NCBI GenBank assembly: GCA_964366325.1
Contig: CAYITD010000005.1
Coordinates: forward strand, 8,267-72,266
Source of the DNA: Candidatus Woesearchaeota archaeon
Lineage (GTDB): Archaea; Nanobdellota; Nanobdellia; Pacearchaeales; GW2011-AR1
Reading direction: 5' to 3'
DNA: 64,000 nucleotides
The notes under the pieces: generated by a model
What the model was told of the DNA's origin: nothing
Database searches by the model: none
What the model saw: only the letters and a program-made list of their open reading frames with translations
In this document: piece after piece, positions 43,306 through 51,906 of the stretch
Layout of the letters: each line of letters opens with the position of its first letter
How positions within the stretch are numbered: the first letter of the stretch is position 1
Made by a program: the position numbers and the translations under genes

Positions 43306-43402
43306 GAATTGTCTATAACAAAGTTTTTTATATATGGAAAATGAACTTATTTTATGCCTCTATAGCTCAATGACACAAAATATATAAAGTTTCTAATTAT
43401 TT

Positions 43403-44425
43403 ATGCCTATGAGAGTAAAATTTAGAGAAGAAGTTGATCGAAAAAAGTTTTTTGAGTTGTTGAAAACTGGACTCAATAGTAACTGGAAGAATATAAGGAA
43501 AAAGTTTAATGTACCAAAATCTACCTTTGAAAAATACAAAAATGGTAAACTGCTTATTTCAGATGATTTATTTGAAAAATTATTAATTTATGTAGATGAA
43601 AATAAAAAAAAGTCTATAAAAGAAAGTATAGAAAATTTACCAGATAATTTCGGACAAATTAAGGGTGGTAAAAAAGCATATGTTATAAATTTTGAAAAAT
43701 TTAAGGAAGGTAGAAAAATAAGAAGTAAATCTGGAGAAAAATTAAATAAACAGTATAGAAATTTGTTTAAGGGCTTTGACTTAAAACCAGAGGTTTGTGA
43801 ACTAATTGGTGCTTTCATAGGCGATGGTTGTTTTAATGTTTATAAAAATAAAGTTTATCATATAGAGTTTTCTGGAAATTTTGGACTGGATATAGAATAT
43901 TATCAAGAAAGAATTATTCCGATAATTGAATCAATCATAGAATATATAAATCCACATATTTACAAACCGAAAACAAAAAATAATGCATTAAGAGTTGTAT
44001 TTTATTCCAAAAAACTTTTTTACTTCCTTAAAGAAATTGTTGGTTTTATTCCAGGAAAAAAGACATTCACTGTTGCAATACCTGAAAAAATTATGAATAA
44101 TGAAGAATTAATGAGATCTACAATAAGAGGAATATTTGACACAGACGGAACAATTTTCTTGGATAGAAGAAAAAGCTATAAAAAGCCATACCCTAGAATT
44201 TCTTTACAAACGGTAAGTAAGAACCTTTATGGGCAGTTAGAAAACTATCTGAGTGAAAAATTCAGTCTTTATACATACTTTAATGAAAAAAGGCATGTTT
44301 ATATAATAGAAATTTATGGTATCAATCAGCTGAGAAAGTGGATGTCTCTTATAGGTTTCTCGAATAAAAGACATCTTGATAAAGTTGCCCTAGTAGCTCA
44401 GTCGGTAAGAGCGCAACATTGGTAA
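43403..44425 (+). CDS. double-motif LAGLIDADG homing-endonuclease-like protein
   Basis: LIGAFIGDGCF and IRGIFDTDGTIF motifs; the ORF runs 39 nt into tRNA-Thr and stops at a TAA in its anticodon loop. Confidence 0.75.
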   Translation: MPMRVKFREEVDRKKFFELLKTGLNSNWKNIRKKFNVPKSTFEKYKNGKLLISDDLFEKLLIYVDENKKKSIKESIENLPDNFGQIKGGKKAYVINFEKFKEGRKIRSKSGEKLNKQYRNLFKGFDLKPEVCELIGAFIGDGCFNVYKNKVYHIEFSGNFGLDIEYYQERIIPIIESIIEYINPHIYKPKTKNNALRVVFYSKKLFYFLKEIVGFIPGKKTFTVAIPEKIMNNEELMRSTIRGIFDTDGTIFLDRRKSYKKPYPRISLQTVSKNLYGQLENYLSEKFSLYTYFNEKRHVYIIEIYGINQLRKWMSLIGFSNKRHLDKVALVAQSVRAQHW

Positions 44426-44460
44426 TGTTGAGGTCGGGGGTTCAAGTCCCCCCTGGGGCT
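44387..44460 (+). tRNA. tRNA-Thr (GGU anticodon)
   Basis: GCCCTAG/CTGGGGC acceptor, D-arm GCTCAGTCGGTAAGAGC, anticodon arm CAACA-TTGGTAA-TGTTG, T-arm GGGGGTTCAAGTCCCCC. Confidence 0.9.
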
Positions 44461-44533
44461 TTGTGTTTAATGATAGTTTAGTTTCATTCTCGGTAGAGGC
44501 TTATTGTTACTTTAAAGTTATAATAATAAAAAG

Positions 44534-44543
44534 GTTTATATAG
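44534..44543 (+). promoter_or_regulatory. TATA box of the 44564 ORF
   Basis: GGTTTATATA centred about 25 nt upstream of the ATG. Confidence 0.45.
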
Positions 44544-44563
44544 AAGACGTAACGAATTAGTTT

Positions 44564-45199
44564 ATGGTTGACAAGAATAAAAAACTAGAAGATTTAGGAT
44601 ATTTTATAGCTCATGCTTTCCATCATGCAGTTTCGGGACAAAGCGAGAGCCCGAGATTTAGAGAGTTTTATAGGAGAACAACCAAAATGCTTTGGGATGA
44701 AAGAGGGAACCCAGAATATAGAGTATTAAATGAAGAAAGAATAGACTTATTAAGAAATTTGTTAGGTATATCAAATTGGGAGGGACCACAGAGTTTAGAA
44801 ATACAGAATATAGTTCAAGGAAACTCAAAAGGGTGGAGATTTTTAGTTAAGTCTCATTTATTAATACCAAATTTAGAAGATGAGGTTGAGGCAGGATTAT
44901 TGACCGATATCGTGAACGCATCAAGGAGAGAGCTAGAAGGAATACATTTGAACTTTGGCTATTTTGACTCTAAGGATTTAAAGGATTTGGAAAAATCTGG
45001 ATATGCACTTGGCGAAACATTCAAACCAAATTGGCATAGTTTAGTGCCAGTAAATGAAGAGAAAGCCAAAATAGAACGCTGTCAAAAAGATCTCATTACA
45101 GACTCTTTATATGCTATCGGGTTCGCTTTTCCAGAATTTGCAAGTGCCATAACATACTCCGATGTTCACCCAGTTTTTAGCGATAGGATGATTAAATAA
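44564..45199 (+). CDS. hypothetical protein (orphan, island gene)
   Basis: 211-aa ORF with its own promoter; no motif recognised. Confidence 0.4.
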   Translation: MVDKNKKLEDLGYFIAHAFHHAVSGQSESPRFREFYRRTTKMLWDERGNPEYRVLNEERIDLLRNLLGISNWEGPQSLEIQNIVQGNSKGWRFLVKSHLLIPNLEDEVEAGLLTDIVNASRRELEGIHLNFGYFDSKDLKDLEKSGYALGETFKPNWHSLVPVNEEKAKIERCQKDLITDSLYAIGFAFPEFASAITYSDVHPVFSDRMIK

Positions 45200-45239
45200 G
45201 AGTCGAAAACTATTTAACTTCAGATTTATTAAGAAAAGC

Positions 45240-45443
45240 ATGGAACAAGAAGTGAAAATAAATGCTCATGAAATTATGTCAAAATTAGCAAGACTACAAT
45301 TAGATATAAATTATATAAAAGAACACATGGAAGATTTGGCTCTTTCTGAGGAAGACTTGGAAGCAGTTGAAGAATATGAAAAGGAAAAGAAATCTGGGAA
45401 ACTCATTTCCCATAAAGATCTTAAGAAAGAACTAAATTTATAA
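45240..45443 (+). CDS. putative antitoxin of the RelE-like toxin
   Basis: 67-aa acidic helical protein; its stop overlaps the toxin ATG by 1 nt. Confidence 0.45.
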   Translation: MEQEVKINAHEIMSKLARLQLDINYIKEHMEDLALSEEDLEAVEEYEKEKKSGKLISHKDLKKELNL

Positions 45444-45694
45444 TGCTAGAAGTAAAATATTCGAATCAAGCATCTAAATTTCTAAAGAAAATTTATAAGG
45501 AATTAGCAAACCGTATATTTGACGAAATAGAAGCGCTTCAGCAGAATCCTTTTCCACAAAACATGAAAAGAGTTGAAGGTAAGAAATTATTTAGAGTGAG
45601 AGTCGGAGATTATAGAATTCTTTACGAAATTGACAATCAGAACAATCTACTAGGCATAGTTAAAATAGACAAAAGAGAAAGAGTTTATGATTGA
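45443..45694 (+). CDS. relE: RelE/ParE-family toxin
   Basis: 83 aa; FRVRVGDYRILYEIDNQNNLLGIVKIDKRERVY typical RelE C-terminal pattern. Confidence 0.7.
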   Translation: MLEVKYSNQASKFLKKIYKELANRIFDEIEALQQNPFPQNMKRVEGKKLFRVRVGDYRILYEIDNQNNLLGIVKIDKRERVYD

Positions 45695-45807
45695 TTTATA
45701 TTCTTAGCGGAGACTTCAAACCTTAGCTATAGAGAACTTTGCAAAATTGCTAAGAGTTCTCTAACAAGAACATAAATTATTAAAAAGTGATTTGTCTAAA
45801 GCAGGAA

Positions 45808-46287
45808 ATGGCATTTGCAGATATTTGGACAGATTTGTTACATCCTTACACTTTCAGGGTACAGAGGAACGAGAGAGAAGTTTTTTACACTCCTTTAGAT
45901 AGCAAGTTGCGTATTCCTTCTGCTTCTTTTGCAAAACAAGGATTGTGTATTGGTTCCAAAAGGCCAAATGATAAGAGGGAGCTTGAGGATTATTGTCCTG
46001 TTAAGAGTTTTACAGAATGGCCAACTGTTGAAAGTCGAGGATTTATGACTGCGGATTTTTCCATTGGTAGAAGGATCAAAACATTGGAGGGATTATCTGC
46101 AAGAGCTCTTAGAGCCCCAACATTTTCTCATAAGATACTTCAATTAAGCAAGGAAGAGGTTGATCAATTTACCGAGCGAGCGTATGTAGATTTTGAAAAT
46201 AGGATCGCTGGACTTGGACTTCAAACAGAAAGAGATAAGATGTTCTTTAGATTCTACTTTGTAAGTCCAGATCATAGGCCAGATTGA
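45808..46287 (+). CDS. hypothetical protein (orphan, island gene)
   Basis: ORF from ATG 45808 (MAFADIW..); no motif recognised. Confidence 0.35.
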   Translation: MAFADIWTDLLHPYTFRVQRNEREVFYTPLDSKLRIPSASFAKQGLCIGSKRPNDKRELEDYCPVKSFTEWPTVESRGFMTADFSIGRRIKTLEGLSARALRAPTFSHKILQLSKEEVDQFTERAYVDFENRIAGLGLQTERDKMFFRFYFVSPDHRPD

Positions 46288-46388
46288 TAAAAATACCCTA
46301 CAGCTGCTGTGTTTGGTATTTTTAAGCCTCAAACTGAGACTGATTGTGGCAAGTTGCGAAGTATTAACTCAGTTCGAGCGATAAAATA
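46288..46388 (+). repeat. intergenic hairpin repeat family, two-module copy (copy E)
   Basis: AAAAATACC..CTACAGCTGCTGTG..GGTATTTTT long hairpin, 25-nt core at 46318-46342, then GTGGCAAGTTGCGAAGTATTAACTCAGTTCGAGCGATAAA. Confidence 0.8.
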
Positions 46389-46465
46389 TTTTTTCGGATT
46401 TTAAAAAATTAATTCATATTCTAAAGAATAGCATTCTTTTTAACCTTGAGATATAGAGAAATTTA

Positions 46466-47431
46466 ATGGGAAAAGAGAGGGTGATAAGTCCTAAATTTAG
46501 AGAAGTGCCTACTGGACCTGTAGAAAGCAGAGGAGATGCCGCACAGCGTCGCTTTGTCGCTGGGGGAAATACATCACATCTTTACTCACATGTTTACAAA
46601 TCTATTTTTGGAGGTAGAGTTGCTCAACTTGACAACGGTTATACTACTGTCAGTATGCCTTGGGATGAAACTAGATATTTTAGACCTGATATTGTTAAGG
46701 ACACAAAAAATGGTAAAAAATATACTGAAATTAAGGCTGTTTCAACGCGAACTTCACAACCACACTGTTCTATTCCACAATTTGAAGATTATGCCTTCTT
46801 TTTGCTGTATGGTTTAGCAATAGGAGACTCTTCTCCTTCTGTAGACTACGCCCTTTTTCGCTACGGAGACAGAAACCTTACAGGTCAACACAGTCTTAGT
46901 AATGACTCACTTGCTTCAAAACTGGCTAATGAAACTAGAGACTTAGTAGTTCTCCCTTCTAATTTGGCTATGTTTTTATTTTTAAATATGAGACAGAAAA
47001 TTTACAATCAAAGTTCTTCTGCTAGCACTATAAATCAGAGAGCTTATTGGGATGTTCGCTCATCTGATTTAAATTTGCTTCATAATCACTCGCCTCTGGA
47101 TGCAATAGAAAAGATTATGGCTCACAGTCTAAATATGACTCAAACTACTAGGAGAAATAAAAATGCTATGATAGATAATTTATTTTTAGACAGACTTTCT
47201 GTAGAGAGAAAAAAATCGCCAGAAATTTCACTTGGTAGGAAACAAAGATTGAAAACTTTCCCTATAACTAGGTATAAGCTATCAGCAAGAGATCAAAAAG
47301 AATGGAACGACCATTTTCTTAGAGAACATGAAAGAATCTTAGGATCTTTGGGAGTTAGGGACTTATATGCTGAAATTGGAGAAGAAGTTGAACAAGTTGA
47401 TTTTAATGGGTGCGGGGAAGTGCCTTTCTAA
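46466..47431 (+). CDS. hypothetical protein with PD-(D/E)xK nuclease-like motif
   Basis: YFRPDIVKDTKNGKKYTEIKAVS fits a (P)D ... E-x-K core; the remaining 200 aa are unassigned. Confidence 0.3.
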   Translation: MGKERVISPKFREVPTGPVESRGDAAQRRFVAGGNTSHLYSHVYKSIFGGRVAQLDNGYTTVSMPWDETRYFRPDIVKDTKNGKKYTEIKAVSTRTSQPHCSIPQFEDYAFFLLYGLAIGDSSPSVDYALFRYGDRNLTGQHSLSNDSLASKLANETRDLVVLPSNLAMFLFLNMRQKIYNQSSSASTINQRAYWDVRSSDLNLLHNHSPLDAIEKIMAHSLNMTQTTRRNKNAMIDNLFLDRLSVERKKSPEISLGRKQRLKTFPITRYKLSARDQKEWNDHFLREHERILGSLGVRDLYAEIGEEVEQVDFNGCGEVPF

Positions 47432-47504
47432 ATGAGAATTGAAGCCATATCTGATGCTGAAATTGTTCAAAATCTAACCTATTTATGCCTTATGCTAAAA
47501 CTTG

Positions 47505-48482
47505 TTAAATAGAACTGAGAGGAAAGAAAACAAGCTGTCCTTGTCTTCTGCGTGAGTCTGTTTTAACACCATTTATTTCTACAAGATATCTGCCTGTTTC
47601 TTTATCTTCTGGCGTGTTTCCTGCACAATTTTCGAACAAAGGACATTCCATCTGGCAATGTGAATAATCGTTTCGTGCACAACCTTTCGAACCTATTACC
47701 CAAAGAACTGCATCAAGAATATGCGGGTCAAGTTTATTTTTTTTACATATTTCTCTGTAAGCCCTCTCAAGAGTTCGTACATATGATTCATCTCTGTAAA
47801 TCTCTGCATTTGTTGGAGTAACTGCTTCACAATTTATTGGAATTCTTCCTTTGTGTATATCTACTTTTAAGAAGGCATTTTCTGGATCAATTGGACTCGC
47901 TAATTTCCTATCTATCATGTAAATAATAAATAAATTTGCAATTCCAGTTCCTATTCCTTTAAACTCCATTAGTCTTGCTCTTGCTTGATCTATATTTTTA
48001 TGTTCAATTAATTTACGTGGATCGCCTTGATAATTATCGACTAAGTGTTTGGCATTAAATGAGAATCTTTTTGCTGGGTTTTCTTCTCCATTGCCTTGCA
48101 AATTGAACTGAAAATCTTGACGAAGAATCGTTTCTATTTCTGTTTCTTTTTGTTCTGCGACTTTTTGGGGATCAAAAATCCAACTTTTCCTGGGATTGTG
48201 CCAAACTTTATGAGCATTTCTTGTTATTACGTCGCTTAGATTCATTCTTTCAAAAAACACACAAGTCCAAAGATATTGTGTCGCTAATCTTTGCTCTTTC
48301 GGTTCATCTGTTTGAGGAAGATTTTCTAGTTCTTTAGGAATATTCCATTGTGGTAAAAAACGTCTTATTCCTTTTGAAAAAATACCTCTTTCTTTAGTCG
48401 CATCTTCATATGCTTTAAGGCAAATTGCCTCTAGCTTAGCTTCATCAAGAACAAAATCAAACTTACGCTCTTCTTTAGCCAT
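47505..48482 (-). CDS. HhH-GPD superfamily DNA glycosylase-like protein with C-terminal Cys cluster
   Basis: FKGIGTGIANLFIIYM (helix-hairpin-helix), LKVDIHKGRI (catalytic-Asp region as in VDTHV), C-x7-C-x3-C-x5-C cluster CARNDYSHCQMECPLFENC. Confidence 0.5.
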   Translation of the reverse strand: MAKEERKFDFVLDEAKLEAICLKAYEDATKERGIFSKGIRRFLPQWNIPKELENLPQTDEPKEQRLATQYLWTCVFFERMNLSDVITRNAHKVWHNPRKSWIFDPQKVAEQKETEIETILRQDFQFNLQGNGEENPAKRFSFNAKHLVDNYQGDPRKLIEHKNIDQARARLMEFKGIGTGIANLFIIYMIDRKLASPIDPENAFLKVDIHKGRIPINCEAVTPTNAEIYRDESYVRTLERAYREICKKNKLDPHILDAVLWVIGSKGCARNDYSHCQMECPLFENCAGNTPEDKETGRYLVEINGVKTDSRRRQGQLVFFPLSSI

Positions 48483-48629
48483 TATTTTGTTCTATAAGAG
48501 AGTTATAAAAACTTTGTTGCATTGATTTGATCATTTTGAATACTTATTGATGCTTCGAGCCATTCATCGATTGAAAAATAGGTATAGATTCCGCTTGTGT
48601 TTGATAGAAATTCTAAACTATATTTATTT

Positions 48630-49259
48630 TTATTTTTTTCTTTTATGTCTTAGATATTCTACTAAAGGAGGTATAAAAGAAGCAATTATAATTAAGAAAA
48701 TGAATAGAGTTAATCGCTCTTCCACAAAAGCAAAGCCTCCAAAGAAAAAACCAGAGAAAACAAAAAGAGCGACCCAAGCAAAACCACTTATAATATTGAA
48801 GCCTAAAAATCTTGTATAATTCATTTTTCCAACACCTGCTACGAATGGGGCAAAGGTCCTTATTATTGGGATAAAACGAGCAAATATGATTGTTTTTCCT
48901 CCGTGTGTTTTATAAAATTGCTTTGTTTTTTCTAAGTATTCCTGTTTGAAAAACCTACTTTTTGAAAATACTCTCTCGCCGAAAAAGCTGCCAAACCAAT
49001 AATTAAGAGTATCTCCTAATATTGCTGCTAAAGAAAGAATAAGAAAAATAAAGAAAACGTCGAGTAAACCTTGAGCTGCAAAGGCTCCTGCAACAAAAAG
49101 TAGGGAGTCTCCAGGAAGAAAAGGTGTGAAAACAAAACCAGTTTCTAGGAAAATTATTACAAATAAAATTAGATATGTCAAAGAACCGAAATTTGTTATT
49201 ATTTCGCTAAGATATTTGTCAAAGTGTAAAATAAATTCTATAAAAAAGCTTAAACCCAT
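48630..49259 (-). CDS. dedA: DedA family membrane protein
   Basis: FLETGFVFTPFLPGDSLLFVAGAFA, KTHGGKTIIFARFIPIIRTFAPFVAG. Confidence 0.85.
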   Translation of the reverse strand: MGLSFFIEFILHFDKYLSEIITNFGSLTYLILFVIIFLETGFVFTPFLPGDSLLFVAGAFAAQGLLDVFFIFLILSLAAILGDTLNYWFGSFFGERVFSKSRFFKQEYLEKTKQFYKTHGGKTIIFARFIPIIRTFAPFVAGVGKMNYTRFLGFNIISGFAWVALFVFSGFFFGGFAFVEERLTLFIFLIIIASFIPPLVEYLRHKRKK

Positions 49260-49309
49260 TTAGATAGTTTTTCAATCATGTTTAAATATTTATTTATACT
49301 GGCAAAGTG
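49260..49309. promoter_or_regulatory. 50-nt bidirectional promoter spacer with central TATA box
   Basis: ATGs at 49259(-) and 49310(+) are 51 nt apart; TTTAAATA at 49281-49288 sits exactly at the midpoint. Confidence 0.55.
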
Positions 49310-50086
49310 ATGAAAAGACAGCCCATAGTTGCTTTAGCTCAAATAAGATATTTTGAAAGCGAAAATAATAATCTTGAAAAGATAAAAGAATATATTAGAC
49401 TGGCTAAAAAGAAAAGAGCAGATATTATTTGTTTCCCTGAATCTTGTGTGCATAAAACAAAGGTTCTTGATTTTGATAATGAAATGGTTAATGAAATAAA
49501 AAAGGAATGCTGCAAGAATAAAATATGGTGCATTATAAACGATTCAATGAAAATTAAAGGCGAGAAATACAATGCTTCAATAATTATTAATAGAGAAGGA
49601 AAAATTGTTGGAGAATACAGAAAGATGAATTTATATGGCGATGGAGAAGATTTTCGTTCTGGTAAAAAAGTTAAAGTTTTTAAAACGGATTTCGCTAAAA
49701 TAGGAATAGCTATATGTTGGGATCTAGCTTTTCCTGAGCTTTTTAGAAAAATGAAAAAATTAGGAACCCAGATTGTTTTCTGTCCTTCTCAATGGAAATA
49801 TGAATTATGTGCCCATGAAGGAAATAAATATGAAAATAAACATAAGGATGGGGAAAGAGCCCTTCTTGAATCTTTAATAAGATCAAGAGCATTTGAAAAC
49901 TTGTTCTATGTAGCTTTAATAAATCCAATACTCAAAGACAAAGATCAAGTAAATTACTCTGCAATTGTTTCTCCTCATAAAATACTTGCACAAATAAATG
50001 AAAAAGAAGGGCTTATCACAGCAAAAATAGACCTTAGTAAGATAGAGAAGCTACATAAGATTTACAATCCTAAGAAAGTTATTTAG
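49310..50086 (+). CDS. carbon-nitrogen hydrolase (nitrilase superfamily)
   Basis: E-K-C triad context: ICFPES, YRKMNLY, IGIAICWDLAFPE. Confidence 0.8.
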   Translation: MKRQPIVALAQIRYFESENNNLEKIKEYIRLAKKKRADIICFPESCVHKTKVLDFDNEMVNEIKKECCKNKIWCIINDSMKIKGEKYNASIIINREGKIVGEYRKMNLYGDGEDFRSGKKVKVFKTDFAKIGIAICWDLAFPELFRKMKKLGTQIVFCPSQWKYELCAHEGNKYENKHKDGERALLESLIRSRAFENLFYVALINPILKDKDQVNYSAIVSPHKILAQINEKEGLITAKIDLSKIEKLHKIYNPKKVI

Positions 50087-50258
50087 GTTGAGTAATCTTA
50101 TGTGTGCACCCTTAGGGTTAAATCTCTTATATAAACCGATAATTAATGAGGTTTTGACGATATGCTTCACCAGAGAATATGACTAAACAGTTTAACGCTC
50201 TAAAAGAGAGTTGAATCTATGAATAAGGTTTATAATCTTGGTTTTTTACTTTTCTATT

Positions 50259-50864
50259 ATGAAAAAAATAATTAATTATTACAAAAAATCTTTTGAGATA
50301 CTAAATAAAAATAAAAAATTGATATTTCTCTTGTTTATTCTTTATTTTTTGATACTGTTTATAGGTTTAGCCTATAACTGGAGCACTTATAAAAATCCTT
50401 TCAGCTCAGATGATTCTCAAACAGCTTTTAATGATTGGTGGAAAGCGAATATGTTAAGAAATACTTTCCAGGCAAATTTTTTCTATCTTTTTTTCCATAA
50501 TGTTCTAGCAGGTGGTTTTCGCATTATTTCTGGAATATTCTTTTCTATAATCCCTATAGGTTCGATTGTAGATGATGCTTTGAGTAATTCCTATACTTTA
50601 GTATCAGAAGTGATTGAAAGAGGTTTTTTAAGCTGGTTCTGTAAGTTTATTCCTCATTCTATTTTTGAAATTCCGGCACTAATTATTTCTTCCGCATTAG
50701 GTGTGTCAATTTTTTTTTCAGTTTTGAAAAAGAAACAAAGATTTACAAATTTAAAAAATTCCTTTAAAGATGCATTTATCGTATTTGTTTTTATCATTTT
50801 ACCTCTACTTTTGATTGCTGCAGTAATTGAATCATTTTTAATAATGATATTTAATTATTGGTAG
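50259..50864 (+). CDS. SpoIIM/DUF95-like membrane protein
   Basis: FFHNVLAGGFRIISG and IPHSIFEIPALIISSALG patterns; GGTTTATAAT about 26 nt upstream of ATG 50259. Confidence 0.55.
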   Translation: MKKIINYYKKSFEILNKNKKLIFLLFILYFLILFIGLAYNWSTYKNPFSSDDSQTAFNDWWKANMLRNTFQANFFYLFFHNVLAGGFRIISGIFFSIIPIGSIVDDALSNSYTLVSEVIERGFLSWFCKFIPHSIFEIPALIISSALGVSIFFSVLKKKQRFTNLKNSFKDAFIVFVFIILPLLLIAAVIESFLIMIFNYW

Positions 50865-51010
50865 AATATATTGGTGTACGGGACTAATAATATAATTTGT
50901 AACCTTCTTGTGCATACAGGTTATCACATTTTTATCATAAAAAGTGCAATACTAATCCGAGGGGCGTTTACCCTCCAAATCAATAAATTTCTATAAAATA
51001 TCACAACTTC

Positions 51011-51856
51011 TTATATCTTTGATTCCAGAAGTTTGAAAACATGTTCTACGATAACTTCTCTTTGATTTTCAAAGAAATCTAAACCTGGCTGAGCATTTAT
51101 TTCTAAAACAAACCAACTATCTCCTTTTTTCAATAAATCTATCCCACAGACATTTATTCCAGAAAACTTAATTAATTTTTTTATTATTGGTTTTAAATTT
51201 TTATCAACTTTGAATTTCCCGATGTTATGTGCGTAAACTCCTGTCGCTTTCCAGCTATTACTTTTTTTTATCGCGGTCTGCACTATTTTTTGTCCAACTG
51301 TTGTAACTCTGTAACTTGATGAAGGAATAAACTCCTGCGCGATTATTGGAAACCTTTCTGAGCTTTTTTTCCAAAATTTATTTATTATTTTTATTGCTTC
51401 TTTTGGATTATCTGCTTTTTCAACATAATTGCCTGTTGTACCGTAGACTCTTTTAACAATAACTGGCCAATAATTGAAATCGATCAGCTCTTTCTTTATC
51501 AAGTTTAAGTCTTCCGATAAAAGAATAGTTTGAGGAACAGGAAGCTTATGCTCTCTACATTTTAAATAAAACATCCACTTATCTTCCGTATAATAAAATG
51601 TCTTTGATGAATCTATGACTTTTTTTCCTAGCTCTTCAATTGTTTTCACAATCTCCAAAGCAAAATCTTCAGCGCTATTATTGTAAAATATATCACAGTT
51701 TTTTACTTTTTCTTCTAATTCTTTTTCTTCCAAACCCTGAAGAAGATTTATCATTATTAGATTAACTTTTCTTTTTTTGGCTATCTTGATAAAAGCCTTT
51801 TCATCTTTAGTTAACTTTTTATCAGAATATATATATCCGATAGTCTTATTTTTCAT
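51011..51856 (-). CDS. ATP-grasp ligase (RimK-like)
   Basis: WPVIVKRVYGTTGNYV, IAQEFIP, FVLEINAQPGL. Confidence 0.7.
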   Translation of the reverse strand: MKNKTIGYIYSDKKLTKDEKAFIKIAKKRKVNLIMINLLQGLEEKELEEKVKNCDIFYNNSAEDFALEIVKTIEELGKKVIDSSKTFYYTEDKWMFYLKCREHKLPVPQTILLSEDLNLIKKELIDFNYWPVIVKRVYGTTGNYVEKADNPKEAIKIINKFWKKSSERFPIIAQEFIPSSSYRVTTVGQKIVQTAIKKSNSWKATGVYAHNIGKFKVDKNLKPIIKKLIKFSGINVCGIDLLKKGDSWFVLEINAQPGLDFFENQREVIVEHVFKLLESKI

Positions 51857-51906
51857 AATATGAAATAGAAAGATATATATTTAAGTTTAGTTCTTTTTGT
51901 AATCAG
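51857..51906. promoter_or_regulatory. 50-nt bidirectional promoter spacer with central TATA-like box
   Basis: ATGs at 51856(-) and 51907(+) are 51 nt apart; ATATATATTTA lies around 51873-51883. Confidence 0.5.

Noticed and set aside
43356-43372. GCCTCTATAGCTCAATG as a functional tRNA or 5' tRNA half
   Set aside because: Only the acceptor/D-arm-like 17 nt are present, followed by an A/T-rich promoter-like sequence. It is kept only as a possible remnant within the LAGLIDADG finding.
48547-48819. ORF 48547..48819(+)
   Set aside because: Antisense to the well-supported DedA gene 3' half, with no promoter geometry.
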